A model generated the notes under the pieces. It searched no databases and was not told the DNA's origin. It was given only the letters and a program-made list of their open reading frames with translations. Positions 55,924-64,000 of a stretch of DNA of 64,000 nt are shown piece by piece. Numbering within the stretch: position 1 is the stretch's first letter; each line of letters opens with the position of its first letter. The stretch comes from Planctomycetota bacterium (lineage in GTDB: Bacteria; Planctomycetota; UBA11346): contig JBBQSO010000013.1 in NCBI GenBank assembly GCA_038213805.1, positions 1 through 64,000 on the forward strand. Reading direction: 5' to 3'. Both the position numbers and the translations under genes were made by a program.

Positions 55924-57141
55924 TCACCCCCCTGCAGATGCCGCCGCGGCCCGGCAGCGCCCGAGCGCCGCGACCAGGCGGTTGCGGTCCGAGGCGGTGT
56001 GGGCCAGGGTCACGATCAGGCGCAAGCGGCAGGCCCCGGCCGGAACGGTCGGCGGCCGGATGGCGGGTGCGTAGTGGCCGGCCTCGCGCAGGCGCGCGGC
56101 GAGGTCGAGCGCGGCCGCCTCGTCGCCGACCAGCAGCGGGATGATCGGCGCACGGCCCTCCGGCACCTGCCAACCTTGGGCCCGTAGCGCGGCGCGCACC
56201 TCGCCAGCGACGGCGAGCAGCTGCGCGGGCAGATCCGGCTCATCGCGCAGCAGGTCGAGGGTCGCGACCGCCGCGCCCATCGCCGCCGGCACCGGCGCGG
56301 TCGAGTACATGAAGCTGCGTCCGCGATTGACAACCAGCTCGACGATCTCGCTATCCGCGGCGATGAAGCCGCCCTGAGCGCCAAGGCTCTTCGAGCAGGT
56401 CCCGACCAGCACGTCCGGCACCACGCCGAGGGCCGCGCACAGTCCGCGCCCGCCCGGCCCGAACACGCCCAGGGCATGGTCCTCATCGACTACCAGCAGG
56501 GCGCCGTGACGCTGGCACAATTCGGCGATGGCGGGCAGCGGCGCCTCGTCGCCGTCCATCGAGTAGACCGACTCCACGCACACCAGCCGGCGTGGCGCGC
56601 CGGTGGTGCGGCGCAGCTGCTTGTCCAGGTCCTCGAGGTCGTTGTGCTGGAAGCGCAGCATGGTGCCGTTGGCGAGCTTGGCGCCGTCGTAGAGCGAAGC
56701 GTGGCACAGCCGGTCGAGGATGACCACGTCCTCGGCGCCGCTCGCCAGGGCGACCAGCACGGCGAGGTTGGCCTGATAGCCGGTGGTGGTGACCAGTACG
56801 TCCTGCGCGCCCAACCAGCCGGCGAGGCGCTCCTCGAGGCGGCGGTGGCAGCGCAGCCCGCCGGCCAGCAGCCGCGAGGCGCCCGCGCCCGCTCCGTAGG
56901 TGCGCAGCGCGCGCGCCGCCGCGTTCTTGACACGCAGCCGGTTGGCCGCGCCGAGGTAGTCGTTCGACGCCCAGTTGTGCAACTTGCGCCGCCCGCCCGG
57001 TCCGGGCGCGATCACCACCCGGCCGTCGGCCGAGTCCAGCACCGGACGCACGCGCAGCCGCCCGCCGGCGCGCAGCTCCTCAAGCTCAGCGCGCAAGGCG
57101 GCGCGCAGGTCGGCGTGGGTCGGCGGGGGTTCGTGGGACAT
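55924..57141 (-). CDS. bioF: 8-amino-7-oxononanoate synthase (PLP alpha-oxoamine synthase)
   Basis: SNDYLG, GAGASRL, HASL.DG, ESVYSMDGD, GTCSK, IRPPTVP. Confidence 0.88.
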   Translation of the reverse strand: MSHEPPPTHADLRAALRAELEELRAGGRLRVRPVLDSADGRVVIAPGPGGRRKLHNWASNDYLGAANRLRVKNAAARALRTYGAGAGASRLLAGGLRCHRRLEERLAGWLGAQDVLVTTTGYQANLAVLVALASGAEDVVILDRLCHASLYDGAKLANGTMLRFQHNDLEDLDKQLRRTTGAPRRLVCVESVYSMDGDEAPLPAIAELCQRHGALLVVDEDHALGVFGPGGRGLCAALGVVPDVLVGTCSKSLGAQGGFIAADSEIVELVVNRGRSFMYSTAPVPAAMGAAVATLDLLRDEPDLPAQLLAVAGEVRAALRAQGWQVPEGRAPIIPLLVGDEAAALDLAARLREAGHYAPAIRPPTVPAGACRLRLIVTLAHTASDRNRLVAALGRCRAAAASAGG

Positions 57142-57166
57142 GGGGTCGGAGTTATAGGGGGGATGC

Positions 57167-57331
57167 GGAGGTCCGGAAGTCCGGGGGTCCGGAAGTCCGG
57201 AAGTCTCGTCTGGCGGCAACTCCGCTGGGACCGACGTCTGCATCCGCAGACCTGCTGCCTGCGCGCTGCCCTCTGATCCACGGCTGGCCGCCGACTTCCG
57301 GACTTCCGGACCCCCGGACTTCCGGACTTCC
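57167..57331. repeat. Inverted pair of octamer arrays in the bioF-pdxJ divergent spacer
   Basis: Arms at 57167-57205 and 57293-57331, complementary at 38 of 39 positions. Confidence 0.93.
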
Positions 57332-57383
57332 CGCCTCGTGCCCCTCCCCACCTTGCCTCCCGCTCCCATGCCGATGTACTGCG

Positions 57384-58136
57384 ATGACCATGATCCACCT
57401 TGGCGTCAACATCGACCACGTCGCCACTGTGCGCCAGGCGCGCAAGGCCTGCGAGCCCGATCCGGTGATGGCAGCGCACCTCGCCGAACTGGGCGGCGCA
57501 CAGGGCATCACCGTCCACCTGCGCCAGGACCGCCGCCACATCCAGGACCGCGACGTGCGGCTGCTGCGCGAGACCGTGCAGGGCGTGCTCAACCTCGAGA
57601 TGGCGGTGGGCGAGGACATCCTCGGCCTGGCCCTGGAGCTGCTGCCCGACCAGGTCTGCCTGGTGCCGGAGCACCGTCAGGAGATCACCACCGAGGGCGG
57701 CCTGCAGGTCGCCCGCGCCGACCGCGACCTGGCCGACTGCATCGGCAAACTCAAGGACAGCGGCGTGCTGGTCAGCCTGTTCATCGAGCCCGACCCGGCC
57801 ACCGTGCGCCTGGCGCGCGAGCTGGGCGCCGACGCCGTCGAGCTGCACACCGGCAGCTGGGCCAACGCCTGGGCGCAGTGCCGTGGCGACGAACACGACG
57901 GCGCCCTGATCACCCAGCTCGCCCGCCTCGAGGACTCCGCCGACGCCGCCGCCACCGCCGGCATCCGCCTGCATGCCGGCCACGGCATCACCTACGGCAA
58001 CGTGCGCAGCCTGCTGCACCTGCCGCTGCTGCGCGAACTCAACATCGGGCACAGCATCGTCAGCCGGGCGGTGCGGCTGGGCATGGAGCGGGCCGTGCGG
58101 GATATGCGCGGGCTGATGGATTTGGGAGCGGGCTGA
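57384..58136 (+). CDS. pdxJ: Pyridoxine 5'-phosphate synthase
   Basis: LGVNIDHVAT.R.AR, GITVHLR.DRRHI, TTEGG, ELHTG, HAGHG, NIGHS. Confidence 0.97.
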   Translation: MTMIHLGVNIDHVATVRQARKACEPDPVMAAHLAELGGAQGITVHLRQDRRHIQDRDVRLLRETVQGVLNLEMAVGEDILGLALELLPDQVCLVPEHRQEITTEGGLQVARADRDLADCIGKLKDSGVLVSLFIEPDPATVRLARELGADAVELHTGSWANAWAQCRGDEHDGALITQLARLEDSADAAATAGIRLHAGHGITYGNVRSLLHLPLLRELNIGHSIVSRAVRLGMERAVRDMRGLMDLGAG

Positions 58137-58149
58137 CTGGTGAAGGTAC

Positions 58150-58286
58150 GGGGTGCGGAGTGCGGAGTGCGGAGTGCGGGAGGAGAGCCAAACCGTTGTA
58201 GCCACATCCGCCTGGAGCGCCCCTGAGAGCGGGAAACAGCCCCTCAAGCCGGCCACTCCGCACTCCGCACTCCGCACCCGCACCCC
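58150..58286. repeat. Inverted pair of heptamer arrays (GGAGTGC)n...(GCACTCC)n
   Basis: Arms at about 58150-58180 and 58254-58286; outer ends GGGGTGCG/CGCACCCC. Confidence 0.9.
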
Positions 58287-58368
58287 CTATCCATACCACG
58301 GAGGCCGGCCCCTTTTCGTTTGTCTAAACCCCGTGATGCGCCAGCCTGCGGCCTCCAGCGAGGATCCC

Positions 58369-59247
58369 ATGTTCAGCGGCAGCATCGTAGCCATCGTCAC
58401 CCCCTTCGACGGCGACAAGGTCGATGTGCCGGCGCTGAGGAAGATGGTCGACTGGCACATCGCTCAGGGCACCCAGGGCATCGTGCCCTGCGGCACCACC
58501 GGCGAGAGCGCGACGTTCAGCCACGACGAGCAGCACCAGGTCATCGGCGAGGTCGTGCAGCAGGTCGCCGGGCGCGTGCCGGTGATCGCCGGCGCAGGCT
58601 CGAACAGTACGCGCGAGGCGGTCAGCCTGGCCAAGGCCGCGGAACGCCTCGGCGCGAACGGCATCCTCACCATCACGCCCTACTACAACAAGCCCAACCC
58701 CGAGGGCCTGTTCCAGCACTTCAAGGCGGTGCGCGAAAACACCGCGCTGCCGCTGGTGCTGTACAACGTGCCTGGGCGCACCGGCGTCAACATGCTGCCC
58801 GAGACCACCGCGCGGGTGTGGGCGCTGGGCAACATCGCCGCCATCAAGGAGGCGAGCGGCTCGTGCGAGCAGGTCCACGACGCGGTCGTACAGGGCATCC
58901 GCGTGCTGTCCGGCGACGATGCCATGACCCTGCCGTTCATGGCACTGGGCGCGGCCGGGGTGATCAGCGTGGTCGCGAACTTCGCGCCGCGCCTGATGCG
59001 CAACCTCACCGACGCCTGCGCGAGCGGCGACTTCGCCAAGGCGCGCGCGCTGCAGGTGGTGGTGGCGGAACTCACGCGCGTCGCCTTCAGCGACACCAAC
59101 CCGATCCCGGCCAAGGCCGCGGTGCACGCTCTCGGCTTCTGCCGCGACGAGTTCCGCCTGCCGATCGTGCCGATGGTACCGGCAAAGCGCGAGATCCTGC
59201 TCGCCGCCCTGCGCAAGCACGGCGTGCTGGTCGCGGCCAAGCAGTGA
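58369..59247 (+). CDS. dapA: 4-hydroxy-tetrahydrodipicolinate synthase
   Basis: GTTGES, PYYNKP, LYNVPGRT, IKEA, SGDD, NPIPAK. Confidence 0.96.
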   Translation: MFSGSIVAIVTPFDGDKVDVPALRKMVDWHIAQGTQGIVPCGTTGESATFSHDEQHQVIGEVVQQVAGRVPVIAGAGSNSTREAVSLAKAAERLGANGILTITPYYNKPNPEGLFQHFKAVRENTALPLVLYNVPGRTGVNMLPETTARVWALGNIAAIKEASGSCEQVHDAVVQGIRVLSGDDAMTLPFMALGAAGVISVVANFAPRLMRNLTDACASGDFAKARALQVVVAELTRVAFSDTNPIPAKAAVHALGFCRDEFRLPIVPMVPAKREILLAALRKHGVLVAAKQ

Positions 59248-59262
59248 TGATCTGAACCGGCG

Positions 59263-60009
59263 ATGAGCCTGACCCTCGCCGACCGCGTCACGCTCGCGCG
59301 CCTGGGGCTCGCGCCGCTGATCGTCGCAGCCTACGTCTGGCTGCCGATGCAGTGGTCGCTGTGCTTCTGGGTCGCGGGCTGGCTGTGCGCGTTGGCCGAG
59401 TACACCGACCTGATGGACGGACGCATCGCGCGCCGCCGCGGCGAAGTCTCGGACTTCGGCAAGCTCGCCGACCCGTTCTGCGACGTCTTCTACCGTATTG
59501 CGGTGTTCTGCGCTTTTCTGCTGCCCGCCGGCGGCGTCGGCTGGCCGGTCGCCCAGGTTCACGACCCGGTCATGCACGTATTCGCCGCCGCCTACGAGAC
59601 CTCCGCCTACGCCGACGTCCGCCAGCTGGTCTTCGTGACCGGTTTCGACGCGCACGGCCAGCCGCTGCTCGGCGCCGGCCTGGTGCCGTGGCTGCCGGTG
59701 CTGCTGATGGTGCTGCGCGAGATCATCGCCGGCGCGCTGCGCGCCATGACCGCGACGCGCGGGCTGGTGCTGGCGGCGCGCACCTCGGGCAAGATCAAGG
59801 CGTGGATCCAGGGCTTCACCCTGATCACCCTGATGGCCTTCCAGGCCTGCTGGTGGACGCGCTGGCAGTGGCAGCTGGACTATGCCTTCTGGCTGACCTG
59901 GCTATGCGCCGTGATCAGCGTCGGCTCGATCCTGGAATACATCTGGGTCAACCGCGCCCTGCTCGCGCAGCTTGCCCTGCGCACTCGAATACCCGATACT
60001 CGGGCATGA
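59263..60009 (+). CDS. CDP-alcohol phosphatidyltransferase (PgsA-like)
   Basis: TDLMDGRIARR....SDFGKLADP.CD; RE...ALR; SGKIK. Confidence 0.9.
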   Translation: MSLTLADRVTLARLGLAPLIVAAYVWLPMQWSLCFWVAGWLCALAEYTDLMDGRIARRRGEVSDFGKLADPFCDVFYRIAVFCAFLLPAGGVGWPVAQVHDPVMHVFAAAYETSAYADVRQLVFVTGFDAHGQPLLGAGLVPWLPVLLMVLREIIAGALRAMTATRGLVLAARTSGKIKAWIQGFTLITLMAFQACWWTRWQWQLDYAFWLTWLCAVISVGSILEYIWVNRALLAQLALRTRIPDTRA

Positions 60010-61109
60010 GACGTCTGGTCACCGGCATCCTGATCGCGGCATTCTCGATTACGGCAGGTGCCTTGCGCGGCACCGCAAGCGAGGCCGTGCAGAGCGACGA
60101 CGAAGTGGTGTTCCTGCCGACCTTCGCCCAGCCCGCCGCCGACGGTGGCTGGGAGGCGACCATCCACGGCTGGGTCTACCAGCCCGAGCGTGACAGCGTC
60201 AAGCGCCGCATCCTGCTCAGTCTGCTCGGCCGTTCGCTGGGCCATGACGAGGCCGACCTCGACCGCGAGCAGTTCCGCAACCGCGCCGGCGCCTTCTTGG
60301 TCGACAACCAGCCCGGCAAGCGCCTGGCGGTCGAGATCGGCGACCACGTCTACCCCTTGCCGCCCTCGCTGCCCAACGGCCACTTCGGCGCCACCGTGCA
60401 CGTTACGGCCGCGACCGTCGCGCGGCTGCGCACGCTGGCGCCGGACGCCACCGGCATCCCGTTCAGCCTGAGCCGCGCGAGCTTTGCCGACCCGGCCGAC
60501 GCGCGGCGCTTCACCGGTGTTATCGAAACGCTCGACGCCACCGGCGTGTCGGTGGTGTCCGACGTCGATGACACCATCCGCATCACCGAGTGCCGCGACC
60601 GCAAGGCGCTGGTGCGGAACACCTTCCTGCTGCCCTTCCGCCCGGTCACCGGCATGGCCGCCGCCTACCGCCGGTGGGCCGCCGGCGGCGCGCGCTTCCA
60701 TTACCTGTCGGCCAGCCCGTGGCAGCTCTACAGGCCGCTGTCCGTGTTCGCCGACGCCGAGGGCTTTCCCGCCGGCACCTGGAACCTCAAGCAGTTCCGC
60801 TGGAAGGACGAGACCTTCTGGGACCTCTTCGCCGATCCCGAACTGCACAAGCGCACCACCCTCGAACCGCTGCTCGCGGCTTTCCCCCAACGACGCTTCG
60901 TGCTGATCGGCGATTCCGGCCAGAGTGATCCCGAGTGCTTCGGCGCGCTGGCCAGGAAGCATCCCACGCAGATCGTGCGCATCTTCATCCGCGACATCAC
61001 CGGCGGCGGGCGTGGGGCACCGCGCTATGCGGGCGCGTTCGCGGGGCTACCGGAAGAGACGTGGCTGCTGTTCGAGGAGGGTGCGCACCTGCCGACCAGT
61101 CTGCCGTGA
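60006..61109 (+). CDS. App1-family phosphatidate phosphatase (DUF2183) with signal peptide
   Basis: VSDVDDT (DxDxT), HYLSASPWQLY, LIGDSG..DPE, IFIR; ATGA overlap with the pgsA-like gene. Confidence 0.88.
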   Translation: MRRLVTGILIAAFSITAGALRGTASEAVQSDDEVVFLPTFAQPAADGGWEATIHGWVYQPERDSVKRRILLSLLGRSLGHDEADLDREQFRNRAGAFLVDNQPGKRLAVEIGDHVYPLPPSLPNGHFGATVHVTAATVARLRTLAPDATGIPFSLSRASFADPADARRFTGVIETLDATGVSVVSDVDDTIRITECRDRKALVRNTFLLPFRPVTGMAAAYRRWAAGGARFHYLSASPWQLYRPLSVFADAEGFPAGTWNLKQFRWKDETFWDLFADPELHKRTTLEPLLAAFPQRRFVLIGDSGQSDPECFGALARKHPTQIVRIFIRDITGGGRGAPRYAGAFAGLPEETWLLFEEGAHLPTSLP

Positions 61110-61223
61110 AGCGCCTCGGAAAGGCGCATGCGGAACATCGGATCGCTCGACCCTGCCACCTGACTTTGCGTTCGCGATCCGCTCGCCCATCGCAAAGTAC
61201 CGATGCCGTGTACATGGCATCGA

Positions 61224-61608
61224 GAGCGCCAACGGCGCGACCAGAGGACCAGCCCAGGGCGAAGCCCTGGGTAGTGCAAAAAAAAATATTTCCGAGCCCT
61301 GAAGGGGCGGTTCATATCAATCGGCGCTAGGGAAGAACGAGCACTTGCGAGCGTATTCTCGGGACATGAAACGCTCGAAGACACAGCACCTCGCTGGTAA
61401 GGTGCAGCGCCATTGGCCGCCCCTTCAGGGCTCTCGCATCATTTTTTCCCATGTTCCCAGGGCGTTGCCCTGGGCTGGTCCTCTGGTCGCGCCGTTGGCG
61501 CTCAAGGCAGACGGCTTGCTGGCAACGCGGTTCCCGGCTGACCCGGAATTGTGGGCAATCCACAGGGCAACGCCCTGGGCTGGTTCTCTGGCCGCGCCGT
61601 TGGCACTC
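61224..61608. repeat. REP-like palindromic element cluster: long inverted repeat plus a third partial copy
   Basis: Arms at 61224-61310 and 61417-61503 with internal CCCAGGGC-N3/4-GCCCTGGG and GCCCTGAAGGGGC hairpins; partial copy at 61563-61608. Confidence 0.88.
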
Positions 61609-63025
61609 TGGGCAGATAGCGGCTTACTCCGCGTTTCTCCATGCGCATCTCCGCCTCCGCCAGCTTGCGGATGTGCTCCAGCACGCGCGCATGGATCGCG
61701 TGGATCAGACCGTCGCCCCACAGATGCCAGTACGGCCCCGGCGACACCTGCAACTCGTACCAGGTGCTGCCCTCCAGGCGGGTGCGGCGCCCCCCGTCGA
61801 GCGGCACCAGGCGGAATTCGCCGCGCCGGCTGCGCAGGTAGCCGTCCAGGTGCGGCGGGTGGATGTCACCCCAGGGGCTGAGCTCGCGCATGGTCGGCGG
61901 CTGCGAGGTGACGGCGAAGGCCAGACGGCGCGGTTCATCCCACGTGGTGATCGGCTCGACGAAGGGGCCGGTGGTAAACTCGCAATAGCGCATGGCACCC
62001 ACGCCGGTCCCGTCAATGCGTGCGCGCAGCGGGCAGGCGATACCGGTGGAGAAGATGCCGTCGGGCGGCGGCAGGTCGGGGAAAGAGACGACGTGGCGCC
62101 ACACCATTTCCGGTGGGGCATCGATTTCGACAGAACTGCTGATTTCGCGCAGCGGCACGCGCTGATCGCGCGCCTCGTTCCAGGCGACCAACGGCAGCAG
62201 CAACACGGCGAGCAGCGGCACCACCCGCCGCGCCCGGCGCGCGGTTGGCGCCTGGGGCCGGCCGAAGGCGTAACCCAGGACACCGCCGATCCACACCAGG
62301 ATCGCCGCCAGCGGCCAGGCCATGGCCAGGCAGATCGCCCCCTCGACCGCGGCGACCAGCATCAGGACCATGGCGACGAGCAGCGCCAGCTGGCCCTGCA
62401 GGGCGGTCCTGGACAGGCCCTGGTCCAGCCGCGCGTTGTACACCACCGCGCTGACGAAACCCATCACCACCGGGGTGAGGACGAAGAGGCTGGAGCCGTA
62501 GTCGCGTAGCACGTAGATGCAGAGCACCACCATCACGCCCGCCACCGCCAGGCTGAGGAGGCCCGCAAGCAGCGGTCCGGCGATCGGCAGGCCGATGTCA
62601 TCGGGATCCACGTCCGAATCTGCGACCCGTGTCAGCGAGCGGGTCGGCCAGACCGAGAACGCGAGCATCGCCAGGTAGTTCAGGTACGGAACGAGGAAGA
62701 GCAGGCCGAGGGCCGGATGGCGTCCGGCATCGCGGGCGCGGCGCATGCTCATCGACAGGCCTATCCAGATGAACGGCACCGTCCACAGCAGCAGCGCCCA
62801 GGCGAGCGTCGGCGAGGCCTTCGAGAAGATCACCAGGCGGTGCAGCAGGACCGGGTCGAGAAATTGCACGGGTGGCAGCGCCACTCCGGTCATGAGCAGG
62901 AAAGCCAGGGACTCGACCAGGTACTTCACCGCCATCAGCGTCGCTCCGACGGTGATGTACAGGCGCCGATCGACGGGAGCCTCAAGACTGAGAACGCGTG
63001 CGCACCAGCCGGTCGCAGATGTCAT
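61502..63025 (-). CDS. Membrane protein: DUF805-like TM region + SRPBCC/START-like domain
   Basis: RRARDAG motif and multiple TM helices; IDAPPE.VW, G.GVGA.RYC.F.TG.FVEPIT.W, IH.RVL.HI. Confidence 0.85.
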   Translation of the reverse strand: MTSATGWCARVLSLEAPVDRRLYITVGATLMAVKYLVESLAFLLMTGVALPPVQFLDPVLLHRLVIFSKASPTLAWALLLWTVPFIWIGLSMSMRRARDAGRHPALGLLFLVPYLNYLAMLAFSVWPTRSLTRVADSDVDPDDIGLPIAGPLLAGLLSLAVAGVMVVLCIYVLRDYGSSLFVLTPVVMGFVSAVVYNARLDQGLSRTALQGQLALLVAMVLMLVAAVEGAICLAMAWPLAAILVWIGGVLGYAFGRPQAPTARRARRVVPLLAVLLLPLVAWNEARDQRVPLREISSSVEIDAPPEMVWRHVVSFPDLPPPDGIFSTGIACPLRARIDGTGVGAMRYCEFTTGPFVEPITTWDEPRRLAFAVTSQPPTMRELSPWGDIHPPHLDGYLRSRRGEFRLVPLDGGRRTRLEGSTWYELQVSPGPYWHLWGDGLIHAIHARVLEHIRKLAEAEMRMEKRGVSRYLPRVPTARPENQPRALPCGLPTIPGQPGTALPASRLP

Positions 63026-63086
63026 GGCGGTTGCCTTTCAGGGTGCCGACGTTTGACACGTGGGGCGCGCTGACGCGCCGTGGGAC

Positions 63087-63560
63087 TCAGCCGGGGTGGC
63101 AGCCGGCGCTACGACAGCGGCGATGCTCCGCGACCCAGCGGTAGCCCCGGTCGAGCGCAGTGCGCAGCGCCCGGCAGCGGGCCACGCGGCGCAGCCGCGC
63201 CAGCCACGGCACGATCGTGATGACGGCGAGCAGCGCGCTGACCCCACCGAGCACGCGGCCGTCGGCGCACAGCAGCTTGATCTCGTCCGGCACAACGCCA
63301 TCGCCGCCGAGTGCGCGCCGCATGGCAGGAGATTGCAACGGCGCCAAGCGGAAGCCGTGATGGTGCGCGAACGGTCCGATGATGCGCGCGGCAGCGCGGC
63401 ACATGGGACAGTCGCGGTCGTAGCCAAGAATACCACGCGCCGGCCGCACGCGCGGCGCGGCGCACGGCGCTGGCACCATAGGCGGACACATCGCGGCCGT
63501 GACCGCGCGCGGTGTCGGCGGGCGCTCATCGAAGAACGAGAACAGGCGCACCAGGCTCAT
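63087..63560 (-). CDS. DCC1-like thiol-disulfide oxidoreductase (DUF393)
   Basis: YDRDCPMC (DxxCxxC), APLQS, YRWVA.HR. Confidence 0.8.
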   Translation of the reverse strand: MSLVRLFSFFDERPPTPRAVTAAMCPPMVPAPCAAPRVRPARGILGYDRDCPMCRAAARIIGPFAHHHGFRLAPLQSPAMRRALGGDGVVPDEIKLLCADGRVLGGVSALLAVITIVPWLARLRRVARCRALRTALDRGYRWVAEHRRCRSAGCHPG

Positions 63561-64000
63561 GGCTTATCCTTCGCCGCGCGGCCGAAGCCGAGCATGCCGC
63601 GCAGTTTCTTGCCGAAGCGCAGCGCCTCGACCAGGCCGGCCATGGGCAGCCGGCGCAGGTCGTCGTACCACGCGGTCATGGTGGTCAGGAATTCGTGCAG
63701 GGTGCGCAGGCGGGTCGCGACGTGGGCCTCCTCGGGCCCGGCCTTGTCGGCCTCGGCGATGCACTCCGCGAGCAGCGCCACGGTCGGGTCGATCTCGCGA
63801 CGCTTGCGTTCCTCGATGACCGTGCGGAACAGCTCCCAGACGTCTCCGACCGACTCGAAGTGGTCGCGGCGATCGCCCTGCAGGTGCACGGTGCGCACGA
63901 TGCGCCAGCCCTGCAGCTCGCGCAGGCTGGTGCTGATATTCGAGCGCGCGATACCCAGGGCCTCGCCGATCTGGTCGGCGTTGAGCGGCGCGCGCGCGAC
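63557..64000 (-). CDS. GbsR/MarR family transcriptional regulator (5' end outside the window)
   Basis: PLNADQIGEALGIARSNISTSLRELQGW, GDRRDHF, ERKRREIDP. Confidence 0.88.
   Translation of the reverse strand, partial: VARAPLNADQIGEALGIARSNISTSLRELQGWRIVRTVHLQGDRRDHFESVGDVWELFRTVIEERKRREIDPTVALLAECIAEADKAGPEEAHVATRLRTLHEFLTTMTAWYDDLRRLPMAGLVEALRFGKKLRGMLGFGRAAKDKP

Overview
A 64 kb chromosomal window from a high-GC bacterium. It is most likely a member of the Planctomycetota/PVC superphylum, judging from the DUF1501 gene, the DUF1549/DUF1553 planctomycete-cytochrome gene, several membrane Ser/Thr kinases and an ECF-FecR pair. Housekeeping genes (acs, folE2, maf, dus, tRNA-Phe, fur, mdh, sucAB-lpdA, bioF, pdxJ, dapA, pgsA-like) are interleaved with accessory loci. 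I found no CRISPR array, prophage or transposase. The best candidates for undescribed biology are: (1) a co-oriented run at 41.4-45.3 kb encoding an exported HEAT protein, a strongly remodelled HisG/ATP-phosphoribosyltransferase-fold protein with an insertion of about 110 aa and altered catalytic motifs, an Sm/Hfq-like protein and a Nudix hydrolase; (2) a stand-alone ketoreductase carrying the signatures of the fungal/mycobacterial type-I FAS KR domain; (3) a tandemly duplicated, translationally coupled module of an exported Cys-rich protein plus a receptor-like Ser/Thr kinase, with a third orphan kinase of the same family; (4) an ECF/FecR-controlled periplasmic sugar-oxidation cluster with a shared candidate promoter, CGTTAC-N16-GCCAC; (5) many intergenic elements built from inverted arrays of 7/8-mer tandem repeats, with variant units mirrored between the arms. 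All family assignments come from motif recognition by eye; no database searches were run.
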